A DNA stretch of 32,000 nucleotides from Desulfotalea psychrophila LSv54. GTDB taxonomy: Bacteria; Desulfobacterota; Desulfobulbia; Desulfobulbales; Desulfocapsaceae. A program made the translations under genes and the position numbers. Below, piece by piece: positions 7,626-15,959 of this stretch; within the stretch, counting starts at the first letter, position 1; every line of letters starts with the position of its first letter. The stretch spans positions 1,590,001 to 1,622,000 of the forward strand of contig NC_006138.1 of assembly GCF_000025945.1 (NCBI RefSeq), read 5' to 3'. Below the pieces are notes generated by a model. It did not search any database and was not told where the DNA came from. It saw only the letters and a list, made by a program, of their open reading frames with translations.

Positions 7626-8729
7626 TTACACTGAACGTTTTACCCAGTCACAAAGAGGGGTAAAAGGCTTATTTTGATATATACCAGCTTCTTCTAAAAT
7701 AAGCTCGCCTCCAATGCAGGTAAGTCCTTTTGCCAGCCACTCATCCTCTCTTATGGCTTGTTCGGCGCCCTTATCTGCGATAGCCAAAATCTTAGGAAGA
7801 ATTGCCTCTCCATAGCCGGCGGAGGCGGTAACTGGGACAGATCCCGGGATGTTATCAACGACAAAGTGGCGAATACCATCCACCGTATATTCGGGGTCGG
7901 CCCACGAGGTAGCCCTGCTTGTTTCGATGGCACCCGCCGTATCGCAGGAGACATCAACGATACAGGCCCCTCTTTTCAGTTTCTTCAGCATGGATCTGGG
8001 GATGAGATGGTCTTTTCGATGCTTTGGCCAGAGGACACAGTTGATGATCATATCAGCGTCATAGATATGGTCTTCAAGCTCACTGACGTCTCCCACTGTC
8101 ACGGGGGCATTGTGGTATTGCATGGCAATAGACTTGCGTGCACCCTCATAGATATCAAGGGCAACGGTGCGAATACCAAAGGGGACCAGGGTGCGCAGGG
8201 AGCCCTGACCAACGTTGCCGAGACCGATCACCACGGCCTTGGCGGCAGGCTCGCCGAAGTGGGACATGAAGTGGCGACCGGTGCCGCCGTTTTGGGCCAT
8301 GGTCATGCGAATGGCCTCGAATGCGCCGACCTCGCCTGCCAGAGGGCAGTTGGGTGAGCCAAATTTATGGGTGTTCTCGGCGGAGATGGCAAGGCATTTT
8401 GCCGTAAGGAGGGCATCAAGCTGTTCTGCATCGAGGGCTGCATGAATATTGGTGAAGATGATGTGGTCTGCCCGGAGAAGGGCAAATTCTGGTTCGAGGA
8501 TCTCTTTCACCTTGACAATCAGGGTTGCCTGCTCAAAAAGCTCTGCGGCTGTATCAACCAGGATTGCGCCTGCAGTCACATAGTCTTCGTTACTGGCAGC
8601 AGAGAGAAGACCGGCGTCTTTTTCTAGATAAACAGTGTGCCCTGCCTCGATGAGGGTCTTGATGTGACGAGGCAGAAGGGCAACGCGGCCTTCCTGGGCT
8701 TTTATTTCTCGGGGGATGCCTATCTTCAT
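7626..8729 (-). CDS. ald: Alanine dehydrogenase family protein (AlaDH/PNT fold)
   Basis: 367 aa with MKIGIPREIKAQEGRVAL, IVKVKE, FTNIHAA, VVIGLGNVGQG (GxGxxG), VDVSCDTAGAIETSRATSWADPEYTVDGIRHFVVDNIPGSVP. These correspond to the AlaDH catalytic Arg, Lys, His and Asp positions as I remember them. The central region diverges from textbook Ald. Confidence 0.7.
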   Translation of the reverse strand: MKIGIPREIKAQEGRVALLPRHIKTLIEAGHTVYLEKDAGLLSAASNEDYVTAGAILVDTAAELFEQATLIVKVKEILEPEFALLRADHIIFTNIHAALDAEQLDALLTAKCLAISAENTHKFGSPNCPLAGEVGAFEAIRMTMAQNGGTGRHFMSHFGEPAAKAVVIGLGNVGQGSLRTLVPFGIRTVALDIYEGARKSIAMQYHNAPVTVGDVSELEDHIYDADMIINCVLWPKHRKDHLIPRSMLKKLKRGACIVDVSCDTAGAIETSRATSWADPEYTVDGIRHFVVDNIPGSVPVTASAGYGEAILPKILAIADKGAEQAIREDEWLAKGLTCIGGELILEEAGIYQNKPFTPLCDWVKRSV

Positions 8730-8790
8730 TGTAACGAGTCCTTATTGGAAAAATTTATCATTGCTTCTTATCTGTTGTCTCCGGAAGACC

Positions 8791-9690
8791 TTATCCGCCG
8801 GAAAAAATTATTGCCGCACCAATTACGGCAACTATCGCTCCGCACCATGCCCCTATTTTAGGGCATTCTCCTGTAATTATCCAAATTAGTGGCAGGATGA
8901 ATATCGGGGAGAGGGAGGAGAGGATGGCGATGATGCCCACGGGTCCGTTGGCAATTCCATAGAGAAAAAAGGTCATGCCGAGGGCCATGCCAACCAGTCC
9001 GGAGAGGGCGGTTCTTGCTATTATTTTGCCTGTTATGCGTATCCTTGAGTGGAAAATCTCCTGGGGAAAAAACAGGGTGAGACAGAGGAGGATGGCTGCA
9101 ACCAGAGTGCGCAGGGTCGCAGCTGCCAGGGGATCAACCCCTGCTGCCAGGGCGGGTTTGGCGATGATACTGCTCATTGCCTGCATGCTTGCCGCTAGTA
9201 TTCCCAAAATAAGGCCGGTGGTCAGAGCGCCACGTACTGCCTCCCAGGGATGTGTTTGGTTTTTGCTATGGCCGAAGTAAATGGCCAACATGGTGCCGAA
9301 GATTACCGTGATTCCCCCACAGAGACTGAGCTTTGTTATCTTTTCATCGAGAAAGAGAAAACCCAATAGGGCGGTAATGGGGGCGTTGGTGGTAAAGAGA
9401 ATACCTGTTCTTCTTGGCCCCAGTCGATTTATGGTGATAAAGACCAGGGTGTCTCCCAGAAAAATCCCAAAAAATGAGGAGAGAATCAGGTAGAGGCTTG
9501 TCTCCCCGTTCAGGGAGTAGATGCCACCTGTATAAAAGGCCATGCCAAGGAGCATTAGGCTAGTCAGTGACATGCGTAGTCTGTTAAAGGCAATAGGCCC
9601 CATGGCCCTTGAGGGACCAACGGATATCATTCCTGCGCAGGACCAGCAGAGTGCAGCGCCAATGGCAGCTGTCTCTCCAAGGTACATCAT
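8791..9690 (-). CDS. EamA/DMT-superfamily transporter
   Basis: About 299 aa and highly hydrophobic (about 10 predicted TM segments), with two EamA-like halves (e.g. LLGFLFLDEKITKLSLCGGITVIFG). The start is taken at ATGATG (9690/9687) preceded by GGGGAAGGAG. The track's longer ORF reaches 10005 and overlaps aapJ. Confidence 0.75.
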   Translation of the reverse strand: MMYLGETAAIGAALCWSCAGMISVGPSRAMGPIAFNRLRMSLTSLMLLGMAFYTGGIYSLNGETSLYLILSSFFGIFLGDTLVFITINRLGPRRTGILFTTNAPITALLGFLFLDEKITKLSLCGGITVIFGTMLAIYFGHSKNQTHPWEAVRGALTTGLILGILAASMQAMSSIIAKPALAAGVDPLAAATLRTLVAAILLCLTLFFPQEIFHSRIRITGKIIARTALSGLVGMALGMTFFLYGIANGPVGIIAILSSLSPIFILPLIWIITGECPKIGAWCGAIVAVIGAAIIFSGG

Positions 9691-9756
9691 CTCCTTCCCC
9701 TTTCTTCTTCTGTCGGTTAATTCGTCTCTGCTTAGCTCTCCGTTCGGTGATAACAG

Positions 9757-9783
9757 AAAAAAAAAGTAAAAAAAAGTAAAAAA
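9757..9783. repeat. Three phased A-tracts (A9-GT-A8-GT-A6) in the divergent EamA/aapJ control region
   Basis: AAAAAAAAAGTAAAAAAAAGTAAAAAA with tract starts at 9757, 9768 and 9778. The period is 10-11 bp, one helical turn. Confidence 0.8.
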
Positions 9784-9816
9784 CAGAGAGTGGGGAAAAT
9801 AAACGTCTCTATCCTT

Positions 9817-9845
9817 TTGAACGGGCGAGTGCTCAGAATTATAGT
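9817..9845 (+). promoter_or_regulatory. Candidate sigma70 promoter of the aap operon
   Basis: TTGAAC (9817-9822), a 17-nt spacer, then TATAGT (9840-9845), about 85 nt upstream of the aapJ ATG. Confidence 0.45.
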
Positions 9846-9929
9846 AGAAAAATGTTGCAAAAAAGAGAATAATCAGCAAGGGTTGGGCTGATAAAAAGTA
9901 TGTAATGATATAAAAATAGGAGAATTTGA

Positions 9930-10949
9930 ATGAAATCTGTATGCAATAGACTGGTTGGTGCTGCTCTGGGCTCACTCCTCTTGGCGAGCACTGTCTCGGC
10001 CACAACTCTGGACGTGGTTAAGGAGAAGGGTTATGTGAACGCCGGTGTTTCTGGCAAGGTAATTGGCTTTTCTGCGCCAGATTCTCAGGGCGTGTGGAGA
10101 GGAATGGATGTGGACTTTGTCCGTGCCGTTGCCTCTGCCATCTTTGATGATCCAAATAAGGCTCGTTTTACTCCCGTTGCCTTTAAGGAGGCCTTTGCTG
10201 CTCTTCAGTCCGGTGAAATTGAGATTCTTGCCCGTAACACCACCTGGACCTTTCAAAGAGATACCAAGCTTGGCCTGGAGTTTGTGGGCCCGCTCTTCTA
10301 TGATGGACAGGGGTTTTTGGTGCATAAGGATCTTGGCGTGAAAAGTGCCCTGGAGCTTGATGGTGCCAGTGTCTGCACTCAGTCCGGTACCACTACAGAG
10401 CTCAATATGGCCGATTATTTTGCCTCCCACGGAATGACTTACCTGCCCGTTGTCTATGAGAGTGCCGATGAGGCAACCGTTATCTATGATACGGGTCGTT
10501 GTGATGTTTATACCACCGACTCTTCGGCCCTTGCCGCCCGTCGAACTATTCTCTCCAACCCCGATGATCATGAAATTCTCCCGGAGATTATCTCTAAAGA
10601 GCCTCTGGGACCTGCGGTTCGCCAAGGTGATCAGCAGTGGAGTGATTTGGTACGTTGGACTCTTTTTGCCCTTATTACGGGTGAAGAGCTTGGTATTACC
10701 TCCGAGAATGTTGATCAGATGCTGACCTCAGAGAATACCGAGGTAAAAAGATTTTTAGGCGTTGATTCTGATTTTGGCCAACATATCGGCCTCAGCCATG
10801 ATTGGGCCTATAGAATTATTAAGCATGTGGGTAATTATAGTGAGGTCTTTGAACGTAATGTCGGATCTCAAACGGCACTTGGGCTCGATCGGGGTCTTAA
10901 TGCCCTCTGGACCAATGGCGGTCTTATGTATGCCCCTCCGATTCGTTAA
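9930..10949 (+). CDS. aapJ: General L-amino-acid ABC transporter, periplasmic substrate-binding protein (AapJ/BztA type)
   Basis: 339 aa with a signal peptide (MKSVCNRLVGAALGSLLLASTVSA), then TLDVVKEKGYVNAGVS...GMDVDFVRAVASAIFDDPNKARF...ILARNTTWTFQRD...LMYAPPIR, as in AapJ/BztA family SBPs. GGAG lies upstream of the ATG. Confidence 0.85.
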   Translation: MKSVCNRLVGAALGSLLLASTVSATTLDVVKEKGYVNAGVSGKVIGFSAPDSQGVWRGMDVDFVRAVASAIFDDPNKARFTPVAFKEAFAALQSGEIEILARNTTWTFQRDTKLGLEFVGPLFYDGQGFLVHKDLGVKSALELDGASVCTQSGTTTELNMADYFASHGMTYLPVVYESADEATVIYDTGRCDVYTTDSSALAARRTILSNPDDHEILPEIISKEPLGPAVRQGDQQWSDLVRWTLFALITGEELGITSENVDQMLTSENTEVKRFLGVDSDFGQHIGLSHDWAYRIIKHVGNYSEVFERNVGSQTALGLDRGLNALWTNGGLMYAPPIR

Positions 10950-10969
10950 ATTTTTGCTGATATTTCGTA

Positions 10970-10987
10970 CAGCCGCTTCGGCGGTTG
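10970..10987 (+). other. Intercistronic hairpin with a UUCG tetraloop between aapJ and aapQ
   Basis: CAGCCGC-TTCG-GCGGTTG (7-bp stem including one G-U), with no U-tract after it. Such hairpins commonly stabilise the SBP-encoding 5' mRNA segment in ABC operons. Confidence 0.45.
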
Positions 10988-11020
10988 TGCTAACAGAGGT
11001 TGCATTATAGGAAGTATTTG

Positions 11021-12172
11021 ATGTCTTTAACAAAAAATGAAAAGACCCGGGCCTGTTCCGGTCGTTTTCTCCACGATGCTCGTTTTCGTTCGTATCTTGC
11101 TCAGGCGACTGTCCTCTTGGTGCTCATTGCCGCTCTCTCCTACGGTGGCTATAATGTTGTCCATAATCTGCAGAAGGCCGGGGTAACTACGGGTTTTGCC
11201 TTTCTGGATGAGACCGCAGGCTTTGATATTAGCCAAACCCTTATCGCTTACTCAAGCAAGAGCACCTATGCAGATGCCCTTGTCGTTGGGCTTTTAAACA
11301 CCCTGCTTGTCTCGGCTCTTGGTATTGTCTTTTCCACAGTCCTTGGCTTTTCTCTAGCGGTTCTTCGTCTGTCGTCAAATTGGCTTGTCTCAAAGCTTGC
11401 TACGACCTATGTGGAGATAATTCGTAATATTCCGCTTCTGTTGCAGATACTGTTTTGGTATCTGGCCATACTTGCCCCCCTGCCCTCTGCTAGGAAGGCC
11501 TTGAGCTTTGAGGGAATTGCATATCTCTGTAATCGTGGTTTGCAGTTGCCGCGACCTGTGCTGGATGGAGGTGGCAATCTTGTGGCCCTGGCCTTAGGTC
11601 TTGCCCTGGTGGTTTCTTTCTTTTTTATCCGATGGAATCATCTGCGCCAGCGACGTACGGGCAGGAGATTTCCTGCCGTTCTCTTCAGCCTTGTCCTGAT
11701 TATCTCTTTACCTCTTGTGGCTCTGGCCTGCATGGGTTTTCCTCTGCACTGGGAGCTTCCGGTTCTGAAGGGTTTTAACTTCAGGGGTGGAATTACCGTT
11801 CTTCCAGAGCTCATTGCCCTGCTTTTGGCGCTTACCCTTTATACAGCAACCTTTATCAGTGAGTATGTCCGTTCGGGTATTATGTCGGTGGATCGTGGCC
11901 AAAAGGAGGCTGCTGAGGCCCTTGGCTATCAACCTTGGATGATCTATAGATTGATTATTCTCCCTCAGGCGATGCGGGTTGCCATACCACCTCTGATCAG
12001 TCAGTATCTGACTCTGGTGAAAAACTCCTCTCTGGCGGTGGTGATCGGTTATCCGGATCTTATTCATGTCTTTGCTGGGACGGTGCTTAATCAATCTGGT
12101 CAGGCGATGGAAATTATTGCCATTACCATGGCCGATATCTCTCTATTAGTTTGGTTATATCCCTTCTCATGA
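11021..12172 (+). CDS. aapQ: Amino-acid ABC transporter permease (AapQ/BztB type). The 3' end is probably frame-disrupted, and the likely true stop is at 12208-12210
   Basis: MSLTKNEKTR... with an N-terminal TM, then the polar-amino-acid permease core (EYVRSGIMSVDRGQKEAAEALGY, QAMRVAIPPL, LVKNSSLAVVIGYPDL). The ATG at 11021 is preceded by AGGAAG. See the finding on the C-terminus. Confidence 0.85.
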   Translation: MSLTKNEKTRACSGRFLHDARFRSYLAQATVLLVLIAALSYGGYNVVHNLQKAGVTTGFAFLDETAGFDISQTLIAYSSKSTYADALVVGLLNTLLVSALGIVFSTVLGFSLAVLRLSSNWLVSKLATTYVEIIRNIPLLLQILFWYLAILAPLPSARKALSFEGIAYLCNRGLQLPRPVLDGGGNLVALALGLALVVSFFFIRWNHLRQRRTGRRFPAVLFSLVLIISLPLVALACMGFPLHWELPVLKGFNFRGGITVLPELIALLLALTLYTATFISEYVRSGIMSVDRGQKEAAEALGYQPWMIYRLIILPQAMRVAIPPLISQYLTLVKNSSLAVVIGYPDLIHVFAGTVLNQSGQAMEIIAITMADISLLVWLYPFS

Positions 12173-12273
12173 ATTGGTATAATAAAAAAGTTGTGTTGCG
12201 GGGCATGTAACCCTGCCGAGAGTTTACCCCCTGCGCCGACAACGTTAAACATTTCAACACAGATAGAAGAATT

Positions 12274-13695
12274 ATGTCTCAACAATGGATACCTAAATCC
12301 GCTCAGCCCTGCCCGGTAACAGAGAAGGGTCCCCTGGGGTGGATGTATAAGAATCTCTTTTCATCTCCCTTTAATACGGTGCTCACCCTCCTTGGTGTGA
12401 GCCTCTTGTTTTGGCTGATTACCCCTCTAGTTCGCTGGGCAATTATCGATGCAACCTGGGTAGGGACATCCCGTGATGCCTGTACGGTCCTGGGAGGCTG
12501 TGATCCCGGCGCCTGTTGGGTCTTTATTAAGGTACGTTTTCAGCTCTTTATGTATGGCTTTTATCCAGAGGTTGAACGTTGGCGAATAAATTTTGCCTTT
12601 GTTCTGATCGCCTTTGCCGCTCTACCCCATCTTATTCCGGACTTTTTTGCGAAGAGCTGGAGGCAGTATCTGCGGGTGGCTTTGGCTCTGGCCCTGATAG
12701 CGGCCTTTTTTGGTCTGCAGCCGTTTTTGGTTGCCGCCCCCTTTTTTCTGGCCCCCTTTCTCCTTGCCCGGTTTTCTCTTAAGGAGAGAGTTGTGCAGGG
12801 GCGTCATCCTATTTTGGTAGGGCTGGCGGCCTCTATTCTGGTCTGTCTTGCTGTTTCCCTATCCGTCCGGGCTATCTGGGGCGATGGCGGTGCTTGGGCC
12901 CTCGGTCTTTCTGCAGCCTTGCTTGTCTATCCGCTCTTTGCCTTAAAGCAGCTCTCCGAGACGGTGTGGCGTTGGAACTTGCTCTGTGTGGTCTATCCGC
13001 TGATTGCCTATTTTCTCTTTGTGGGGGATGCCTTTGGCCTTGTTCTGGTGGAGACCCATTTCTGGGGTGGCTTGTTTCTGACCTTGGTGGTAGCGGGGAC
13101 GGGCATGGCAACGGCCATGCCCATTGGCATTCTCCTGGCTCTGGGGCGTTGTTCGAAGATGATTGTTATCCGTACTCTCTGTATTGGCTTTATTGAGCTG
13201 GTGCGTGGGGTGCCTTTGATCAGTGTCCTCTTTATGGCCTCGGTAATGTTTCCCCTGTTTTTGCCGGAGAATATGAGCTTTGATAAGTTACTTCGGGCTC
13301 TTATTGGAGTTGCCTTTTTCTATGCAGCCTATATTGCCGAGGTGATTCGTGGTGGCTTACAGGCCATCCCCAAGGGCCAGTATGAGGCAGCAGAGGCCCT
13401 GGGCTGGACCTATTGGAAGAAGATGTCGGTGATTATTCTGCCGCAAACCCTGCGTATGGTTATTCCGGGTTTGGCCAATAATTTTCTTTCCCTGCTTAAG
13501 GATACGACCCTGGTAGCGGTCATTGGCCTGCTTGATCTGCTCGGTGTTGCCAAGGCAGCCCTGGCTGATGCCGCCTGGCTCGGTTTTACCAAGGAGGCCT
13601 ATGTCTTTGCCGGCCTCGTTTTTTGGATATTCTGCTTTGCTATTTCTCGTTATAGCAACTTTTTAGAGAAAAAATACCACACTAATTACAGGTAG
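12274..13695 (+). CDS. aapM: Amino-acid ABC transporter permease (AapM/BztC type)
   Basis: 473 aa. It has the conserved Cys-containing periplasmic loop (TSRDACTVLGGCDPGACWVFIKVRFQLFMYGFYP) and the permease core (IELVRGVPLISVLFMASVMF, EVIRGGLQAIPKGQYEAAEALG, LLKDTTLVAVIGL). Confidence 0.85.
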   Translation: MSQQWIPKSAQPCPVTEKGPLGWMYKNLFSSPFNTVLTLLGVSLLFWLITPLVRWAIIDATWVGTSRDACTVLGGCDPGACWVFIKVRFQLFMYGFYPEVERWRINFAFVLIAFAALPHLIPDFFAKSWRQYLRVALALALIAAFFGLQPFLVAAPFFLAPFLLARFSLKERVVQGRHPILVGLAASILVCLAVSLSVRAIWGDGGAWALGLSAALLVYPLFALKQLSETVWRWNLLCVVYPLIAYFLFVGDAFGLVLVETHFWGGLFLTLVVAGTGMATAMPIGILLALGRCSKMIVIRTLCIGFIELVRGVPLISVLFMASVMFPLFLPENMSFDKLLRALIGVAFFYAAYIAEVIRGGLQAIPKGQYEAAEALGWTYWKKMSVIILPQTLRMVIPGLANNFLSLLKDTTLVAVIGLLDLLGVAKAALADAAWLGFTKEAYVFAGLVFWIFCFAISRYSNFLEKKYHTNYR

Positions 13696-13724
13696 TGACT
13701 GTGGTTGAGATATAAGGTTGGATT

Positions 13725-14501
13725 ATGGTTACAGAACAGAAAGAAGTTACGGCTGATGAGGATTTTATTGTTATTTCCGGACTCAATAAGTGGTACGGCG
13801 ATTTTCATGTCCTAAAGGACGTCAATCTGCGGGTGAAAAAGGGCGAAAAGCTGGTTATTTGTGGCCCGTCTGGTTCGGGTAAATCCACCCTTATTCGCTG
13901 CGTGAATCGTCTGGAACAACATCAGGAGGGCCGGATCATTATCAATGGGATGGAGCTTAATAATGATGTGAAACGTATTGATCGTATTCGGCAGGAGGTG
14001 GGGATGGTTTTTCAAAACTTTAACCTCTTTCCTCATATGACGGTGTTGGAAAACCTCACATCCTCCCCCGTCTGGATACGGAAGATGCCTCTGAAGGAGG
14101 CAGAAGAGCTTGCCTATCATTATCTTGAGCGGGTAAAGATTCCAGAGCTTGCCCATAAGTATCCCATGCAGTGTTCGGGGGGGCAACAACAGCGGGTGGC
14201 TATTGCCCGTTGTCTCTGTATGAATCCTCAGGTAATGCTCCTTGATGAACCGACTTCAGCCCTTGATCCGGAGATGATCAAGGAGGTGCTTGATGTTATC
14301 ACTGATCTTGCCGGGTCGGGTATGACCATGCTCTGCGTTACCCATGAGATGGGCTTTGCCCGTACCGTGGCCGATCGTATTGTCTTTATGGATCAGGGTG
14401 AGATTGTTGAGCAGAACGATCCGGAGAGCTTTTTCAGCAATCCGCAGTTTGACAGAACCAAGCTCTTTCTTAGCCAGATTATCTCTCATAACTTCTCTTA
14501 A
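13725..14501 (+). CDS. aapP: Amino-acid ABC transporter ATP-binding protein (AapP/BztD type)
   Basis: 258 aa with Walker [11 protein letters not shown]-loop, signature [13 protein letters not shown] (Cys in place of the usual Leu), Walker [12 protein letters not shown], and H-loop VTHEMGFA. Confidence 0.92.
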   Translation: MVTEQKEVTADEDFIVISGLNKWYGDFHVLKDVNLRVKKGEKLVICGPSGSGKSTLIRCVNRLEQHQEGRIIINGMELNNDVKRIDRIRQEVGMVFQNFNLFPHMTVLENLTSSPVWIRKMPLKEAEELAYHYLERVKIPELAHKYPMQCSGGQQQRVAIARCLCMNPQVMLLDEPTSALDPEMIKEVLDVITDLAGSGMTMLCVTHEMGFARTVADRIVFMDQGEIVEQNDPESFFSNPQFDRTKLFLSQIISHNFS

Positions 14502-14504
14502 GCC

Positions 14505-15896
14505 ATGAATAATACAGAAAAGAGCCCGGATCTGACCATTGCCGAACAGCTGGCCGAATATATCGTTGCTCTTCGTTTTGAACAGATTCCCTTTGCAGTG
14601 ATTGATCATGCCCGCCATCTCCTGCTTGACCTTATTGGGGCGAGCTTGGCGGGGATTGGAACCCCCGAGGCCTGTGCTGCTACCAGAGCGGTGGAGATGC
14701 TTGCTCCTCAGGGTGGCGCGTCCCTGATCTGGGGAACCGATCGGGGCACAACTCCTGGTGGTGCCGCCCTGGTTAATGGCATTATTGCCCATGCCCGGGA
14801 GCTGGATGATTTTGGCGGTGTTGATCATACCGGAGCGGTGGTGGTGCCGGCGCTTTTGGCCGTGGCCGAGAGCTTTCCCACCATTTCCGGAGAAGATTTT
14901 ATCGCGGCCATGGTGGTGGGTTATGAGGTGGGGCGTCGAGTGCTTAATGGGGCCGGAGGATATCGCCCCCATAACCATGAGGACGGTTATCACTCCACTG
15001 GCTCCTGTGGCAGCTTTGCCGCAGCTGCGGCCGTTGCCAAGCTGTTAAGGCTTAATGTGGAGCAGACCACCTGGGCTCTGGGGCTTGCTGGCAGTTTCAC
15101 CGGTGGCACCTGGGCCTTCACCGTGGATGGGGCCATGAGTAAACGTTACCATGTGGGGCGGGCAGCGGAGACCGGGGTGGTCACCGCTCTTCTGGCCCTG
15201 AACGACTTTACCGGTCCTGCCCATATCTTTGAGGCTGAGTGGGGCGGTTTTCTCACAACCTATGCGCGGCATACAGCGGTGCCCGAGGCTCTTACCGAGG
15301 CCCTGGGCAGGAGATATGACACCCTGCGCAGTGGCATAAAGCCCTATGCGGCCTGCCGCGACATCCATTCGAGTCTCGATGTTCTCTTTAAGGCCTGTCG
15401 GGAACATCATCTGCAGACAGCGGATATCACCTCTATAGAGGTGCGCTGTATTCCTGAGATGAAGCAGATGATCGGTTCGCTTGCCCCGCCCACCAATCGC
15501 TTTGAGGCTCAGCTCTCCCTGCCCTATAGCCTTGCCGTTGCCTTGGTGACGGGCCGGGCATTTTTGTCGGAGTATGAGGAGCCTTATCTCTTCTCCAAGG
15601 AGGTGGTGGCGGCAATGGCACTGGTTGTCCTGATTGAAGATCCCGGCCTGCCCTATGATTCTGAGCCTCATATAAGGATTCAGACGAGGGATGGCAGGAG
15701 TATTGAGGGGCATGTCCCCTATGCTTCAGGCGCACCGCAAAATCCTCTTGAACCGAATGCTATCTATGAAAAATTTGACTCCCTGGCTCTGCGGGCCCTC
15801 TCTGCTGAGCGGGTGAAGCTGCTGCGCCGGACTATCCTTGATATTGTTGCTCTTGATGACGTGCGTTCCATCTCTGATCTGTTAAAGATAGGCTAG
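14505..15896 (+). CDS. MmgE/PrpD family protein (2-methylcitrate dehydratase superfamily, specificity unknown)
   Basis: 463 aa with LAEYIVALRFEQIPFAVIDHARHLLLDLIGASLAG...NGIIAHARELDDF...HSTGSCGSFAAAAAVAKLL...KRYHVGRAAETGV, the typical PrpD-fold pattern. The ATG lies 3 nt after the aapP stop. Confidence 0.85.
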   Translation: MNNTEKSPDLTIAEQLAEYIVALRFEQIPFAVIDHARHLLLDLIGASLAGIGTPEACAATRAVEMLAPQGGASLIWGTDRGTTPGGAALVNGIIAHARELDDFGGVDHTGAVVVPALLAVAESFPTISGEDFIAAMVVGYEVGRRVLNGAGGYRPHNHEDGYHSTGSCGSFAAAAAVAKLLRLNVEQTTWALGLAGSFTGGTWAFTVDGAMSKRYHVGRAAETGVVTALLALNDFTGPAHIFEAEWGGFLTTYARHTAVPEALTEALGRRYDTLRSGIKPYAACRDIHSSLDVLFKACREHHLQTADITSIEVRCIPEMKQMIGSLAPPTNRFEAQLSLPYSLAVALVTGRAFLSEYEEPYLFSKEVVAAMALVVLIEDPGLPYDSEPHIRIQTRDGRSIEGHVPYASGAPQNPLEPNAIYEKFDSLALRALSAERVKLLRRTILDIVALDDVRSISDLLKIG

Positions 15897-15904
15897 TAAG
15901 TATC

Positions 15905-15932
15905 TTGTCGTCTCCGTCGCTTCAGGTATAAT
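15905..15932 (+). promoter_or_regulatory. Candidate sigma70 promoter for tadA
   Basis: TTGTCG (15905-15910), a 16-nt spacer, then a perfect TATAAT (15927-15932), 28 nt before the tadA ATG. Confidence 0.45.
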
Positions 15933-15959
15933 GTCGCAAACTTTTATTAAGGGGATGAG

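Noticed and set aside
7626-8729. Idea that the AlaDH-family gene is an opine or carboxyethyl-ornithine synthase forming a pathway with the PrpD-like enzyme
   Set aside because: On closer reading the C-terminal half (VDVSCDTAGAIETSR...DNIPGSVP...) and the Arg/Lys/His/Asp catalytic positions match genuine alanine dehydrogenase better. The opine scenario has no direct support in the sequence.
9972-10625. 217-aa minus-strand ORF, and similar long antisense ORFs at 7758-8357(+), 19694-20296(-), 21193-21861(+), 22272-22919(+) and 24130-24681(-)
   Set aside because: Each lies wholly opposite a gene with strong family signatures (aapJ, ald, DASS permease, pepF, rlmD, tamA). None has a plausible RBS or domain.
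14256-15735. Minus-strand ORFs 14256-14993 (245 aa), 15045-15713 (222 aa) and 15433-15735 (100 aa)
   Set aside because: They are antisense to aapP and the PrpD-family gene. Their His/Gly/Arg/Pro-rich composition is the mirror of GC-rich coding sequence. No start context or domain signal.
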